Shown one piece after another: positions 1 through 15,379 of a stretch of 64,000 nt of DNA; the first letter of the stretch is position 1; every line of letters begins with the position of its first letter. The notes under the pieces were generated by a model. The model did no database searches, was not told the origin of the DNA, and worked only from the letters and a program-made list of their open reading frames with translations. Origin of the DNA: Octopus vulgaris (Eukaryota); contig OX597816.1 of assembly GCA_951406725.2 (NCBI GenBank), positions 18,538,001 through 18,602,000 of the forward strand, written 5' to 3'. The position numbers and the translations under genes were made by a program.

Positions 1-565
1 GGCTAAACGCAGAGAAGGCAAACAAGGAGAGACAAACGGATTAAGTCGATTATATTGATCCCAGTGGGTAACTGGTACTTATTTAATCGACCCCGAAAGG
101 ATGGAAGGCAAAGTCGACCTCGGAGGAATTTGAACTCAGAACATAGCGGCAGACGAAATACCTATTTCTTTACTGCCTACACAGAGAGAACAAACAAGGA
201 CAGACACACGGATTAAGTCGATTACATCGACGCCAGTGCGTAACTGGTACTTATTTAATCGACCCCGAAAGGATGAAAGGTAAAGTCGACCTTGGCGGAA
301 TTTGAACTCAGAACGTAGCGGCAGACGTAATACCTATATCTTTTCTACCCACAAGGGGCTAAACACAAAGGAGAAACAAGGACAGACAAACGGATTAAGT
401 CGACTATATCAACCCCAGTGCGTAACTGGTACTTAATTTATCGACCCCGAAAGTATGAAATGCAAAGTCGACCTCGGCGGAATTTAAACTCAGAACGTAG
501 CGGCAGACGAAATACGGCTACGCATTTCGCCCGGTGTGCTAACGTTTCTGTCAGCGCTTGGCCTT
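1..565 (-). mobile_element. tRNA-derived SINE family A, tandem multimer (~3 units, runs off window start)
   Basis: Reverse complement of the recurrent unit gtatttcgtctgccgctacgttctgagttcaaattccgccgaggtcgactttgcctttcatcctttcggggtcga...agccccttgtgggtagtaaagaaatag; B-box-like gagttcaaattcc; central GCCTTTCATCCTTTCGGGGTCGATAAA domain resembles a Meta-type SINE core. Confidence 0.9.
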
Positions 566-1824
566 TGAAAATACCACTTTATATACGATAATATTTTATT
601 CCTTTATCATTAAAGCAAAATTTGAGGCTGGAATTACATCAGTTGTAGTTAGAAAGAAACACATATGTCAAACATCAATGTCAAATCGTATTCCAGACAG
701 CCATATGTCATGTTAAACTATTTAGTTTCCAAATCAAATACTTGCGTTCATACACCACTCCCATCCTGCAGCAATGCCAAGGAAACAATTGTTGGAAGAA
801 TGAAGGAATTATTACAATCTACACATTAGCGTGTTCGACTTAATTGTTATTTTATACAATACCCAGTTAACAATTGCTATATAATTTACTCTGTGTATAG
901 TTTCAAGATCGTTCGGTCTTTAAACTGTTTTTTTCTTTTTTCTTATATAATATAATTTTCTCATCTGATGAACGAAACTAAAAAAATATAAACACGAAAC
1001 AATACAAATGTTTATCGGCCCTCTTAATGTCCGCAATACGTATTGATGTTATAGAATGGCGGAAACTATTCATATAGTTATGTATTTTCTCGAAATAATG
1101 ACCGCAGTATTTTAATATCGATCTGTTTTCTTCGCCATCGATCCGTCATGTTATGTCATTCATCGTTCGTGTTTCGACAACGCTTCTATATTCTCACAAA
1201 CAAAATTATCTTCGTGAAGCAACTTTATCGAACTGTTATAGATTCTTTTCTTTTCTTGTCTATGTTTAAATTTAGGTTGTTCTAGTTAGAGAGACCATTG
1301 ATGTTGAAATGATGATCTAAGGAAATTAGCACACGAAGCAATTGCCCTGTTGCACTCTAAAAATCAATGACTCCAGTGAGATGAAACGAAAAGTTATACA
1401 CACATATAAACAGACTCATACAAACGAAAAAAAAAAATTCTACAGTGAAACTAATGTCACATGTTTTACGGTTAAAATGTATTTTTATTGTTTACTTGAG
1501 TAAGATTTGGTAATTAGTTCAACAGAGTTAACCAATAAGAATGAACATTTATCGCAGACATCAATGGTGTGTTGAAGTCGTTGAAGGACATCAAAGTAAC
1601 CAGTTTGACATTCGTGTTTCTGTCTGCCCGACGAGATAATGTTAATAATCTTAATAACCAGCACTGGAAAGCAAAATACTTCACAACATAATAATGTCTG
1701 GTGTCACCTCGACTGAAATTTGAAGAATTAATTAAGAATTTTATTAATTTTCTACTAAACAAAAACTGTGTATGAACATTGTGGGGTCATAATTCACACT
1801 CAAGCAATATGCATGCATATGTGG

Positions 1825-1875
<51 letters not shown>

Positions 1876-2574
1876 CATATACATACATACACACACACAC
1901 ACACACACGCACACACATATATATATATATTTATGTACTTCTATATATCCGTGTATGAGTGTGTATATATATATATATATTTCTATGGAAATATGCATAT
2001 ATTACGCAATATCTGTATATCCATATGTATATATATGTATATGTATCTCTCTCTCTCTCTTTCTCTCTCTATCTCTATATATATATATATATGCACATAT
2101 GTTTCTGCGTACGCATGCGTACAGCTGTTAGCGAACAGCTTCATGCCTGTGTCTGTGAAGCTAATAATATAATGTGTTATGCATGAAATTTCGTGCAGCA
2201 CTCTTGAATTCCTCACGAACATGGTAAAACATGGATTCAATAATACTTGTTAGCTTTTATTTCTTGTTCTTTGCTGCAGAACCAATTTGATTGAACAGAC
2301 ATGATCTTCATCGACTTTCTAGTGTAGTAAGATATCATTTGTTTAAAGTGTTCAGAGCAGAGCTTTCAACACTTAATAATTTCGATAAAAGAAATTCATT
2401 GCCTTGTTGTGGCTAATTAACGTGAGTAGTTAAACGATACTCTTTCTGAGTCAATTAAAGTGGTAACTAATTTCGTTGCTATATATCCGAAAGTTCCTGA
2501 CAACTTACGTAAGAGGATAGAGAAGTACAATTGCTGAATTAAATAGTTATTTCTGGGTATCTTTAACCTGTTTG

Positions 2575-3240
2575 GTTACGTTCTCAGTCCACCGACCATC
2601 ACATAACTTATGAGTTATATCAGAATGTGAAAGGTCCTTTTACACATTCTTAAATTTTACACAAGTCCCGCCGAGGTCCACTTTGCATTTCATCCTATCG
2701 GGGTGGATAAAATTAAGTACCAGTTGCATACTGAGGTCGATCTAATCGACTAGCCCCCTCTTCTAGAATTTCGAGCCTTGTGCCCAAAGTAGAAAAATAT
2801 TTATGGTGGTGATCTGGCAGAAACGTTAGGACGCCGGGCGTAATGCTTAGCGGTGTTTCGCCTATCTTTACGTTCTGAGTTCAAATTCAGCCGAGGTCGC
2901 CTTTACCTTACATCCTTTCGCGGTCGATAAACTAAGCACCAGTTGCGTACTGGGATCGATCTAATCGATTAGCCCCTTCCTCCAAAATGTCAGGCCTTGT
3001 CACTGGAGTAGAAAAGAATATTTAAGGTGGCTCGCTGGCAGAAACTTTAGCACATCGGGGGTAAATGCCCAGTGGTATTTCGTCCGTCTTTAGGTTCTGA
3101 ATTCAAATTCCGCCGAGGTCGATGTTACCTTTCATCCTTTCGGGGTCGATAAATTAAGCACCAGGACGAACTGGGGTTGATCTAACCAGCTGGCCCTTTC
3201 TTCCAATGTTTCGAGCCTTCTGCTTAGAGTAGAAAATGAT
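2575..3240 (+). mobile_element. Three older head-to-tail copies of SINE family A
   Basis: Repeated ggtggtgatctggcagaaacgttag heads and gaggtcgactttgcctttcatcc-like cores near 2670, 2890 and 3115. Confidence 0.8.
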
Positions 3241-3299
3241 ATGTACATCTTCAGATACAGAGGCAAAAGTGAAGGCCTAGCATTACCATAGGTAGGTAT

Positions 3300-4290
<991 letters not shown>

Positions 4291-4412
4291 TTCGATTCAA
4301 ATTCTATTTTTATTTATCGTAATTGTGGACTTGGGATTATGGGTTTATGCATTGCTTGTATGAGTTTTATGATTTCACGGTCCTCCGTCACTCGTACATT
4401 GTTATTTCAAAA

Positions 4413-4787
4413 TCTTTATATATAAAAGTGAAGTTGTGTGTCTGTCTCCTACGATTTAGATTCCTAACTACTCCCACAGGTATCTTATAGTCGTGATTCA
4501 TATCGAGCCCTTCTGGGTATTAGCGCGAGTCTACAATGAGTCTACGATTTTAAAAATAATTTACCATCATTTTTTTTCCATTTTAATGCATATTATTTGC
4601 TATTATATGAGGGAAGTAACGCTCTAAAAATGTCTACGATGAGTCAACGATTTAAAAAAAAAATTACCATAATTTTTTTTTCCATTTTTAATGCATTTTT
4701 ATTGCTATTTTTTGGCTATAACTCTCTAAAAATGCTTATATAGTTATTTCCCTTACAAACCCGAGCAACGCCGGGCGATACTGCTAG
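4413..4787 (+). mobile_element. Non-autonomous Helitron
   Basis: Starts TC after an A and ends CTAG before a T; subterminal hairpin cccg-agcaacgc-cggg; no TSD; near-identical to 48581-48979 except for an internal deletion. Confidence 0.88.
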
Positions 4788-4844
4788 TTAAACATATATG
4801 TGAGCAAAGCCTTGTGGTGTCGCTACGGCTGCAGTTGAAGCTTG

Positions 4845-5263
4845 TCCTCCTCTCCTCCTCCTTCTCTTCCTTCTCCATTTACCTTAACTTCTTCTTTCTC
4901 CTTCTCTTCTTCATTTTCTTCTTCCTACACTTCTTTTTCTTCTTTCCCTTCCTCCACCACCTCCACCTTCACCTCCTCTTTTATTTCTTCTTGATCCACA
5001 TCCTCCCATTCCTCCGCCGCTTCGTCCGCTCCTTTTTTTATCTTTCCCCTCCGTTTTCTTCTTTTTCTTTTACCTCCACGTCCCCCTCTTCCTTCTTCTT
5101 CTTCTCCTTCTTCTCCTTCTTCTTCTTCTTCTTCTTCTTCTTCTTCTTCTTCTCCTTCTTCTGCTTCTTCTCCTTCTTCTGCTCCTTCTTCTGCTTCTTC
5201 TTCTGCTTCTTCTTCTTCTATTACTAATACTACTACTACTACTGCTGCTGCTGTCACTACTAA

Positions 5264-5321
<58 letters not shown>

Positions 5322-5406
5322 GCTACTGCTTTCACTACTACTACTGCTGTTGCTCTCACCACCACCACCAACACCAACACTACTACAACAACAATAAATA
5401 CTACTG

Positions 5407-5457
<51 letters not shown>

Positions 5458-5460
5458 TAT

Positions 5461-5540
<80 letters not shown>

Positions 5541-5550
5541 GCTACCTACA
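4845..5550. repeat. Compound (CTT)n / (ACT)n low-complexity tract
   Basis: Direct reading; explains the poly-F, poly-E and poly-V ORFs. Confidence 0.95.
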
Positions 5551-6411
5551 GTCCCAGCTATTGCTGCTAGTGATATTGTCCCATCGCAGACAACTGCTAA
5601 TATTTCTTCCCATCTTTTTTCATTATCAACTGATACGATTATTGTTTTCGACTCTTGATATAATTCTTGGTTGGATGGTTCTGGAATTCTATAAATATTA
5701 GTAACATTTGATTAGATTTAAAGGCAAATGAAATATCGTCTGGAAATATTCTCCCGTATATATTCGAAAGAACAGAAAGCCAGAGAGAGAGAGAGAGAGA
5801 GTGGGGGAAAGAAAGTGAGAGAGACAGAGAGACAGAGAGATAAATTGAGAGAGTTAGAAAGAGAGAGAAAGTGAGAGAGAGATAAAAAGAGAGAAAGAGA
5901 GAGAGAGAGGCAAATATATATAGAGAGATTTTGGAAATATATATATATATATAGATAGACAGACACATATAAATATATATATAGACAGACATACACAAAT
6001 ATATGCGTATGTAGATGTCTATATGTATCTGTCTCCCAGTCTCTGTACACACACACGGAAACACACACACACACACACATATATATATGCATTCATAAAT
6101 ACATACATACATATATACATACATACGTACGTATAAGAATACATACATATAAATATGAGATAAAAAGAAAACTGAAAAGCAACAAAGAAAACTTCACCGC
6201 GAAAACAAGAAGTTGAAATAGCGAAAAACAATTTCGAATTATTATTGTAAGTTTTACTTATATAGGTAGCTGTTAATTTTCTTTTGGCTGTCGTAATACA
6301 ATTGAATTTCAGATTTCACCTGAATATCAATGCATAAGCCACACTTTCTCTCTCTTGTAATTTTTGATGCCATTACTTAAAGATACACCCACACAGAACT
6401 ATAAGTTGTCA

Positions 6412-6670
<259 letters not shown>

Positions 6671-6872
6671 GACTGCAACTAATTCCTAATATCATATCTC
6701 GAAATGCAATTCCATCAGAGGGCACTCATGTATATATAATTACAATGTAAACGTGTACATGTATACACTCTTGTATAGATGCATGCACAGGCACATGCGT
6801 ATGTGTGTGTGGCTCTGGGTTTAAATCAAGACAATGCTGGAGGGATTGTTTATAAATAATTTAGTAGTCGCA

Positions 6873-7247
6873 GGCGCAGGAGTGGCTGTGTGGTAAGTAG
6901 CTTGCTAACCAACCACACGGTTGCGGGTTCAGTCCTACTGCGTGGCATCTTGGGCAAGTGTTTTCTGCTATAGCCCCGGGCCGACCAATGCCTTGTGAGT
7001 GGATTTGGTAGACGGAAACTGAAAGAAGCCTGTCGTATATATGTATCTATATGTATATGTGTGTGTGTGTGTGTGTGTTTGTGTGTCAGTGTTTGACATT
7101 GCTTGACAACCGATGCTGGTGTGTTTAGGTCCCCGTCACTTAGCGGTTCGGCAAAAAGAGACCGATAGAATAAGTACTAAAAGGTGGTGCTCCAGCATGG
7201 CCGCAGTCAAATGACTGAAACAAGTAAAAGAGTAAAGAGTAAAGAGA
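6873..7247 (+). mobile_element. SINE family B, full length
   Basis: ggcgcaggagtggctgtgtggtaagtagcttgc...gggttcagtcc...(TG)n...aaggtggtgctccagcatggccgcagtcaaatgactgaaacaagtaaaagag. Confidence 0.92.
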
Positions 7248-7489
7248 GTCGTAACTATGGAGATATATTAAAGGCAACATTAACTATAAGAGAAGTCCTC
7301 TTCGACGTCTGCAGTTAACTTTTCCGAAAATATATGGGAATGCATTTGCATAAGTATCTCTACACATTGCTGCGTGTTTCTTAAGGAATGTGCATTCAAA
7401 AAGCGCATGGCTTAGTGGTTAAGGTGTTGCAATCACGAGTGCGAGTTCGTGGATTTGATTCCCAGATCAAGAGTTGCGTTGTTTTCACA

Positions 7490-8255
7490 TACTATGGTCT
7501 CCACCTCGTCTGCCACCTCGCTCCAATTGTTGACCGCCTGGGAGTCTAGGTTCAAACAAACTCCAGTCACCTTAACAGAACCATCTGTCCAGTGACCCAG
7601 AACACTGGTCGATCGACTTGTCCTTAACTTTTGATCCTGCCACCGCCTCGTATCCTTTTATAGCATCTTCTACGCAAGGTAGCTGAGCCTCGTTGCCCAC
7701 GATGAAGGTGACGTTATCCGAATAAGCAGAGACTTCCCACATCCGATTTCCTTAGGGTTACTTCCCAACCTCTCCAGCTTCCACAGCAATGGCTCAAGCT
7801 CCAACACGTACAGAAGCGGAGACAAAGGACACCATTGACGAACTGAACAAACGATCGAAAACGGCGCTGTTAGGTAACTGTTTATCTGGACCGTCGACTT
7901 GAAGCCGCTATACATAGCGGTGATCAACCCGCGAAAGTCAGAGCGCAGCCCAACCGCTCCGAGGTCCGCTCCCACGTACTTATGGTCTACCCTATCGAAC
8001 GCTTTACTTACGCCTAAATTGACCATTACTCCACCCTTGCCGGTTAATTTACCCGCCCCGTCGAAGGTGTAGCGGATAAGGTAAAGATGTCCTTGATCGA
8101 CCTGCCTGTGATTGCACATGTCTGTGCTTTCCCTACAACTTTCTCCACGATAACCGTCAACCTTTTTGCTAACACCTTGGCCAAAATCTTTAATTCAACG
8201 TTAAGTAGCCTTCTGGGCCTATAATTCCTTATGCTGTCCCCCTTACCACCGCTTT
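7490..8255 (-). pseudogene. Tx1/L1-clade LINE reverse transcriptase fragment, frameshifted
   Basis: ORFs 8044-8367 and 7670-8119 contain NYRPRRLLNVELKILAKVLAKRL, SKAFDRVDH and SVRQWCPLSPLLYVLELEPLL. Confidence 0.88.
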
Positions 8256-8399
8256 CCGGACTTGCTTCGCCATTAGTATTTATGTTTTTGTCATCCAAAT
8301 AATTGGAAGATTTAGTAATGTGTATACATAAAATTAACTTAAACAATATTTTGCTGTGTTTCATCAAAAAGGAGAATAATAAATGTTACTAAATCTGAC

Positions 8400-9900
8400 T
8401 AGAGTGTCAGGAGATGCCTGCATTTTTGAAATAACTAAACCGGTCTAATGCTGTAGTTAATGCACATGAATGAAAATATATCCACTCACAGGGACCATAA
8501 TCATCCGAAAAGTGCTGATTGAGACTCTTAATTCTAACGCTAAATCATCCACATTTTTTGATGCCGAAATCATAAATGCTAATGGCGAAGTTTGTCCGGA
8601 AAGAGTTGAGGTCGAGCGGTCTTAACTGATGGGGCAACGAAAATTGCCGAAACCGACGCGTCAGTATTAAAATTCTCGTTCTGTACTTTTCAGACGGTTA
8701 TGGTTCTTCTTAGTGTATATGTCTGCATGCATGTGCGTTAACTAAAGCATTAGAGCGGTTTAGCTCCTATTTCTAGCAATGTAAGTGTTTCCTAACACCC
8801 TAGTCATATTTAGAGACATCTGTAATTCTCAGTTTTGGTGAAATATTGCAAACTACTGCTTATATTAATTATATATTAAGGCTCAGTGGTTATAGCGTCG
8901 AGCTTACGATCGTGAAGTTGTGGGTTCAAATCCCGGACCGAGCTGCGTGTTGTGTTCTTGAGCAACACGGTTTAGTTCACGTTGCTCCAGTTCACACAAC
9001 CGTAGAAATGACTTGCGACGTTACAGGTGCCAAGCTGTATCGGCCCATTTGCCTTTCCCTTGGGTAACATTTGTGGCGTGGAGAGGGGAGGCCGGTATGC
9101 ATGGTCGACTGCTGGTCTTCCATAAAACAACCTTGCCCGGACTTGTGCCTGGGAGGGTAACTTTCTAGGTGTAATCCCACGGTCAGTCATGACCGAAGGG
9201 GGTCTGAGAAATATATGGTGGACTCTCCCGTCGGTTTCTAGCAGCTGACGACCTAAACTTTCTTCATCAGCAATATTGCTAATACAGAATGTGACATTCG
9301 AGTCCTGCCAACGAGTTGCAAAGAAACCCGTAGATGTTGCAACTATGGGGATTAAGTCAGTTCAGGCGGTATATTTCCAGCTGCTTTTGTCGTTTGCCTC
9401 GCTATTTGCACACGATTTCCTCCATTATTGTTCGCTCTAAAGCTGTTTGCTCAAAGGTGTTGTAAGTTACGGATTGATGTAGAAAATTAGATGTGCTAGT
9501 GTACTTCTGCGCACAAGTTACTGTAATTAGGCTTCATCTGCCCCATTGAACATTATTTTTAATTGTAGAATGATCTGAAGTGTAAAAGCAAATGTATTAG
9601 ATGTTAGATGTCGGCGAGTGTTTGTAAATTATTGGAAGAGAGAAGATTGTGAGTGTGATGTGTGTTTAGGACATAAGGTTAACAATTAGCTCGTGTATCG
9701 TGACTGAAACTAGTCATAGATTCGTATGGCTTCTGTCTCGGGATATTTTCTCGTGGAATCATTAGCTATTAACCTGGCGGATGATCTTCCTATTTCTTAA
9801 GAACTGCACGATTTAACCTACTAATTTGTCAGCCAGCTTCAATATGTCATGACACTGAGTGAGATGTTAGAATTCGATGAACACGAAACGAAATAAAGAT
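8400..9900 (-). pseudogene. Highly decayed piggyBac-like transposase remnant, interrupted by a SINE at 8880-9205
   Basis: Minus-strand peptides FATRWQDSNVTFCISN (~9270-9330; cf. VRW.DN..V...SN), FSTSIRNLQHL (~9455-9485; cf. DNFFTS..LL..L) and PLDLNSFRTNFA (~8585-8620); boundaries uncertain. Confidence 0.45.
8880..9205 (+). mobile_element. tRNA-derived CORE-type SINE (family C, tail variant 1)
   Basis: A box ggctcagtgg, B box ggttcaaatccc, CORE-like gttgtgttcttgagcaa...ttcacgttgctccagt. Confidence 0.85.
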
Positions 9901-11174
9901 ATTCCTGTTACTGTTTGATAGCTAAAGTATACTTAATTAGGGGGGTGGGGTCCAACTAATTGTAATCATTCCTTTGTTTACAAGTCCAAATCAGCTATGA
10001 TCACATTGGTTCATTTTCGCCAGAAGAATTTAAGTTCTAAATGTTTAATATTGTATCAAACATAGAGTATGTACAATATTATATCCTTCCTATTCTGTAG
10101 GAAGAAAACCTAGGAAGAAGTGTGCAGCAGGTATTCTTCAAAGTAGGTCTCACTCATGTTAGTGTTTCCACACTTAACTCCTCTTTCCTTGATGATCCAG
10201 GCTGCACCCATGTGATGGTTCCTGGGAATGATTCTGGTGCTGCTTTCTCCCCGTATTGCGACCCTCTTGGATGGTCAAGTTGCTCCAGGGCGACAATATT
10301 TCCTATTTCATATTGTAGTGTATTGTTGTTTTGATGAAAATTGGTAGTGCTTTCAAATCGGGCATTTGTTCACATAAATTGGTTATCGTAACAAGGCGAT
10401 GAAAGTATATACTATTTAACGTAGTGCAAATAATTTTTTTAACATTTTTGTGTTTGTCACTTGCTCATAATTTCGAAAGACTCTAATATTAGGTTATTTT
10501 ATGATTTCTAAGTAATCATACGTTATAATTTGTTTGCTCAATGTAACACAGGCGCAAATCTCATCGATGTTTTCTGTGAAAATGGTTTCATTTCTTTTAT
10601 GTTTTTCTACAAATTCATATACACTCACAATTTAATGTGATATAAAGTTTGTTTTCCACAATTTGCTTCTCAGCAATACATCTTTGAACTACTAATGCCT
10701 TTTATTCATATAAATATTGATTTAGTTTGTACTGGCTTAAAATGATATAAGCAAGTGCGTTATCTATTAACTCTTTAAACACTACAGTTCCGAAGACTAA
10801 AGAAATATTCATTCTGTCCGCAATTCGAGCATGAATCTAGGCTTAGCTTCTCGAGACGAATATGACGTATTAAGTCCGGGACTGAGAACTAATGAACTAT
10901 GTATGACAAATATCCAATTTGTCGTGGACAGTAAACGTTTGGCAACAAAGATGCATCTGGAAGAGTCAAGGGATTCTAATTGTTCTTTTGTTATTTACAA
11001 ATATTGACAACTTGCAAACACGGAGCATCAGCAATTTGTCCATAAAATCAAATATGTTAACTATTAGCATTGCAATGTTTCATAATTATTGATCTCTCTA
11101 ACCAACAGAACGCACAAAAGACCAGAGAGGCTATATCCATTATATCGTTACCATTATTTATATTATTATATTTG

Positions 11175-11350
11175 TCGTTTTCTTCTGTCTGGTAGCTATA
11201 GCGAAAGATACTTTTCTCTTCAGCCAAGTCCTCATCGACTTTATCAAGTTCCACTTGAAAAGGATATTGAGGGTGGAGAGGAGGTACTATCCCTCAGTAT
11301 TTTTTGCTTGAAAGATGAGTGAATGTAACGAGGACAGGAAATGTGGTTGG
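11175..11350 (+). pseudogene. Diverged Tx1-like LINE C-terminal fragment
   Basis: ttccacttgaaaaggatattgagggtggagagg is clearly similar to taccacttgaaaaggaaagtgagagtagagagg at ~35865. Confidence 0.6.
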
Positions 11351-11465
11351 GCCTACTCTGACGATACGCTTATAAACCAGAGGATTTGAGACGGAGAGGG
11401 GAACCAGCTGAGATTACCTGGCGGTCGGGCTAAGAAATACGTGAGGGATACTTTGGTTGTCCTTG

Positions 11466-11599
11466 TTATTATTATTATTATGATCATCATCAACATCATC
11501 ATCATCATTATCATCATCATCATCACCACCACCACCACCACCATCACCACCACTACCACAACTACCACCACCACCACCACCACTACCACAACCACCACC

Positions 11600-11633
<34 letters not shown>

Positions 11634-11702
11634 TAGTCATCATTATTATTATTAGATATACTATTATTATTATTATTATTATTATCATCATCATCATCAT
11701 CA
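11466..11702. repeat. Compound (ATT)/(ATC)/(ACC) trinucleotide tract
   Basis: Direct reading. Confidence 0.95.
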
Positions 11703-12391
11703 AGGCGACGAGCATTTCTTTCGTCCTTAAGTTCCCTGAGTTCAAATACCACCGAGGTCGACTTTATCTTACGTCCTTTCGGGGGTCAATAAATCAAGTA
11801 TCAGTTCAGTAATGGGGTCGATGCGATCGACTGTCCACCCCTCACCTCCCACAAAAACTAGGTTTTCTGCCTATTGTAAAAAAGGACTATTTTTTTTTAT
11901 GAATGCAGCGAACTGGTAGAATCGTTAGCACGCCGAACAATATGCTTAGCGGTATTTTTGCCTGTCTTTACGATCTGCGTTCAAATTCCTTCGAGGTCGA
12001 CTTTGCCTTACATCATTTCGGGGTCGGTGTAATAACTGCTGTTCAAATACTTCGGTTGATACAATCGACTTATCCCCTCCACGAAAATTTCAAGATTTGT
12101 GCCTACAGTAGTAAGGATTATTGTCGTTGTTTCTTCTTCTTCTTCTTCTTCTTCTTCTTCTCATCCTTATTTATATTGTGAAGGTGACAATTTGGCAGAG
12201 TCAATAGGAGGCCAAGCAAAAATGCGTAGCGGCATTTCGTGCGTCTTTATGTTCTGAGTTCAAATTCAGCCGGGGTCGACATGCCTTTCATTCATTCGAG
12301 GTTGATAAGCTATCAGTTCCCTTCGGAGTCGTTGTAATATACTTCACTGTTTTCCGGAAACTACTCGCCTTGGGCCAAACTTCAAAACCAC

Positions 12392-12440
<49 letters not shown>

Positions 12441-12662
12441 GTTATTATTATTATTATTATTAATATTATTATTATTATTATTATTCAGTAGTTTTATTTT
12501 TATAGCGTGCTTTCACTTCACTACCGAGCGCAGCTCTGTGTGCCTTGGGTATGTGCTGTGATTTGTTGTGATGCTCTGATGGTTACTGTATGGAAAGTGT
12601 TCTGCGTAGGATGTGTGCAGTGCCTAGTAGTGCAATTATTATTATAATTATTATTATTATTA

Positions 12663-12702
<40 letters not shown>

Positions 12703-13403
12703 CATCATCCAGACGGCGAGCATTTCGTTCGTCCTTAAGTTCTCTGAGTTCAAATCCCACCGAGGTCGACCTTGTCTTACGTCCTTAAGTATCAGTTCAG
12801 TACTAGGGTCGATGCGATCGACAGCCCACCCCTCACCTCCCACAAAAACTAGGTGAACTGGCAGAATCGTTAGCACGCCGAACGATATGGATAGCGGCAT
12901 TTTTTTCCTGTCTTTACGATTTGCGTTCAAATTCCTCCGAGGTCGACTTTGCCTTACATCCCTTCGGAGTCGGTGGAATAATTGCTATTCAAATACTGGG
13001 GTTGATATAATCGACTTGTCCCCTCCACGAAAATTCTAGGCTTTGTGCCTACAGTAGAAAGGATTGGATTATTGCTGTTGTTGTTTCTTCTTTTCTTTTC
13101 TTCTTCTTCTTCTTCTTCTTCTTCTTCTTCTTCTTCTTCTTCTTCTTCTTCTTTTTTCTTCGTCTTCTCATCATTATTTATATTATGAAGGCGGCAAGTT
13201 GGCAGAGGCGATAGGAAGCCAAGCAAAAATGCGTAGCTTCATTTCGTCCGTCTTTATGTTCTGAGTTCAAATTCAACCGAGGTCGACATGCCTTTCATCC
13301 ATTCGGGGTTGATAACATAATTATCAGTTCAGCTCTGGGGTCGTAATATACTTCACTGTTTTCCGGAAACTATTCGCCTTGGGCCAAAATTCGAAACCAC
13401 CAC

Positions 13404-13460
<57 letters not shown>
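11700..13460 (+). repeat. Local tandem duplication of a ~750-bp block of three family-A SINEs (11700-12480 and 12705-13460)
   Basis: Both copies share unique junctions: cccctcacctcccacaaaaactagg, the (CTT)n position and cttcactgttttccggaaacta. Confidence 0.85.
12486..12637 (-). mobile_element. 3' end of an R4/Dong-like non-LTR retrotransposon embedded in (AAT)n
   Basis: Minus strand encodes IALLGTAHILRRTLSIQ* (typical RLE-type LINE C-terminus), then a ~95-nt 3' UTR running into (AAT)n; (AAT)n on both sides. Confidence 0.75.
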
Positions 13461-13679
13461 GAAGAAGAAGGCGGCAAGCTGGCAGAATTGTTAGCACGTT
13501 GGACTAAATACTTAGCGATATTTGAGTTCAAATTCCGCCGAGGTACACTTTGCCTTCCATCCTTTCGTGATCGATGAATTAAGTACTAGTGAAATACTGG
13601 GGTCAATGTAATCGACTACTCTCCATCCCCCAAATTTCAAGCTTTGTGCCTATCGTAGAGAAAATTATTGTTATAGCTA

Positions 13680-13860
13680 ATCTGTTTTATGTTCAAACTG
13701 ACCAGATCCAGGCCCTCACACCTACCCTACAATGTTATTCTACATTAAGTAATTACACCATCAAGATCTTGAAGATATGAGATAATGCATGATTAATTCA
13801 AATCAGTGGGAATCAATAGGCATTATGTTTGATAGAATAATCTGAACACTAAAGGGTTAA
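13680..13860. mobile_element. One end of a piggyBac-type MITE
   Basis: Terminates in aaaggg-TTAA; partner end not seen. Confidence 0.4.
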
Positions 13861-13879
13861 ATTGGCGTGCTGGCAGAAT

Positions 13880-14917
13880 CATTCTTGGAAATAGAGCCTG
13901 ACAGACAGCTCGGAATATTAATGGAGTAGTTCATTCTAATGTTATTACACAGCAGAAATTATCAAATAGTTTTGCAAAATTTCGTTCTGGTAACTTTGAC
14001 CTCACAAATAAGCAACGCGGTCGACCAGAAACAAAGATTGGATAATGAAGAAATGAAAGTCGCCGTCGAGTCAGGTCCACCTCAAAGTGCCTTTGAATTA
14101 TTGTTGTTATTTGGTGTTAGCAAGCAAACAGTATTGACTCACCTACTTCAAATTGGTAAAATGAAAAGTTTCGATAAATGGGTTCCACATGAACTGAATG
14201 AAATTCAAAAGCAGCAACGTTTGGAAGCATGCATTATGCTACTTTCTCGTCACAAAAATAAATCACTTTTGAATCGAATTGTAACATGTAATGAGAAATG
14301 GATCCATTCAGCTCAATGGTTGGACAAAGACGAGCCACCAAAAAAAAAGTCAAAAAAGCAAAATTCATGAAAGAGAAGCAGACGGTGTGTTTTTGGTGGT
14401 TTGGCGCAGGTCTGATCCCTTATGATTTCATGAATCCTGGCTCATCAATCACGGCCGAAGTATACTGCAGCCAACTGGACCAAATGATACAGAAACGTAC
14501 CAAAATCAGCCCAGATTAATCAACAGATTCACACCTATTTTATTGCAAGACAACGCCAGGCCATACATCGAAAAAATGACATTGGTGAAACTATAGGAGT
14601 TGGAGTTGGAAGTTCTACATTATCCGCCATACTCACGTGATCTTGCACCCACTGACTACCTCTTCTTCTAGAATTTGGATAACTTTTAGATAGGAAACAT
14701 ATTTAATTCTGATGATGCTATAAAACAGGCCTTCCAAGAATTTATTGTCTCTAGATTTCCAGGCTTTTGAAGTTCCGCGCTGAACAACTACCGCCGAAAT
14801 GGCAAAAGTGTAGTGACAATATGAGTGCATAGTTTGATGAATAAAGCTATTGGTTTTATTTATAAAACATTACCAATCAATTTTTCTTTTCTACAAATTT
14901 CATACTTGATGACCTAA
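13880..14917 (+). mobile_element. Decayed mariner transposon (transposase pseudogene), 5'-truncated
   Basis: WVPHEL, RIVTCNEKWI, LLQDNARP and PPYSRDLAPTDY motifs across frameshifted ORFs; right end ...gacctaa followed by TA. Confidence 0.92.
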
Positions 14918-15379
14918 TAATATACTTCTTTTTTGACAAAGGAAAACAAACGTCAACGATACTATACGCCAACAATCGTTTTGCACAATAATGTTTAATG
15001 TGATTTAAAGTTTAAAATTGAATGTAGAAATATAATAATTTCAAATAAACTTGCAAAGCATCTTTAATTACAAATCTAGAAAATTGTGGACACAAAGAGG
15101 AGGACTTTGCTATATTTATAATGAAAATAGAAATATTATTATCATTTCCATATATAATCTTTTACAAGAACGTGTTATATTATTTTGAACACATTCATAA
15201 CCCTTGTCTAGAACGAGTCCTCCGTACTGTTTCTTCACTATATTTCTTTAGTATTTCTCCTAGAATGAAGAACAGTATCTTTAATATTCTGTCACGCAGA
15301 TATTTCATCAACACCATTTCTATCTACTCCATTTCTAAATAATTTGTTTCTGTTTATCATATTACCATTCAAGTTCTTA

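Noticed and set aside
965-985. ctgatgaacgaaac as a hammerhead core
   Set aside because: Only 2 nt between CUGAUGA and GAAA, so no stem II
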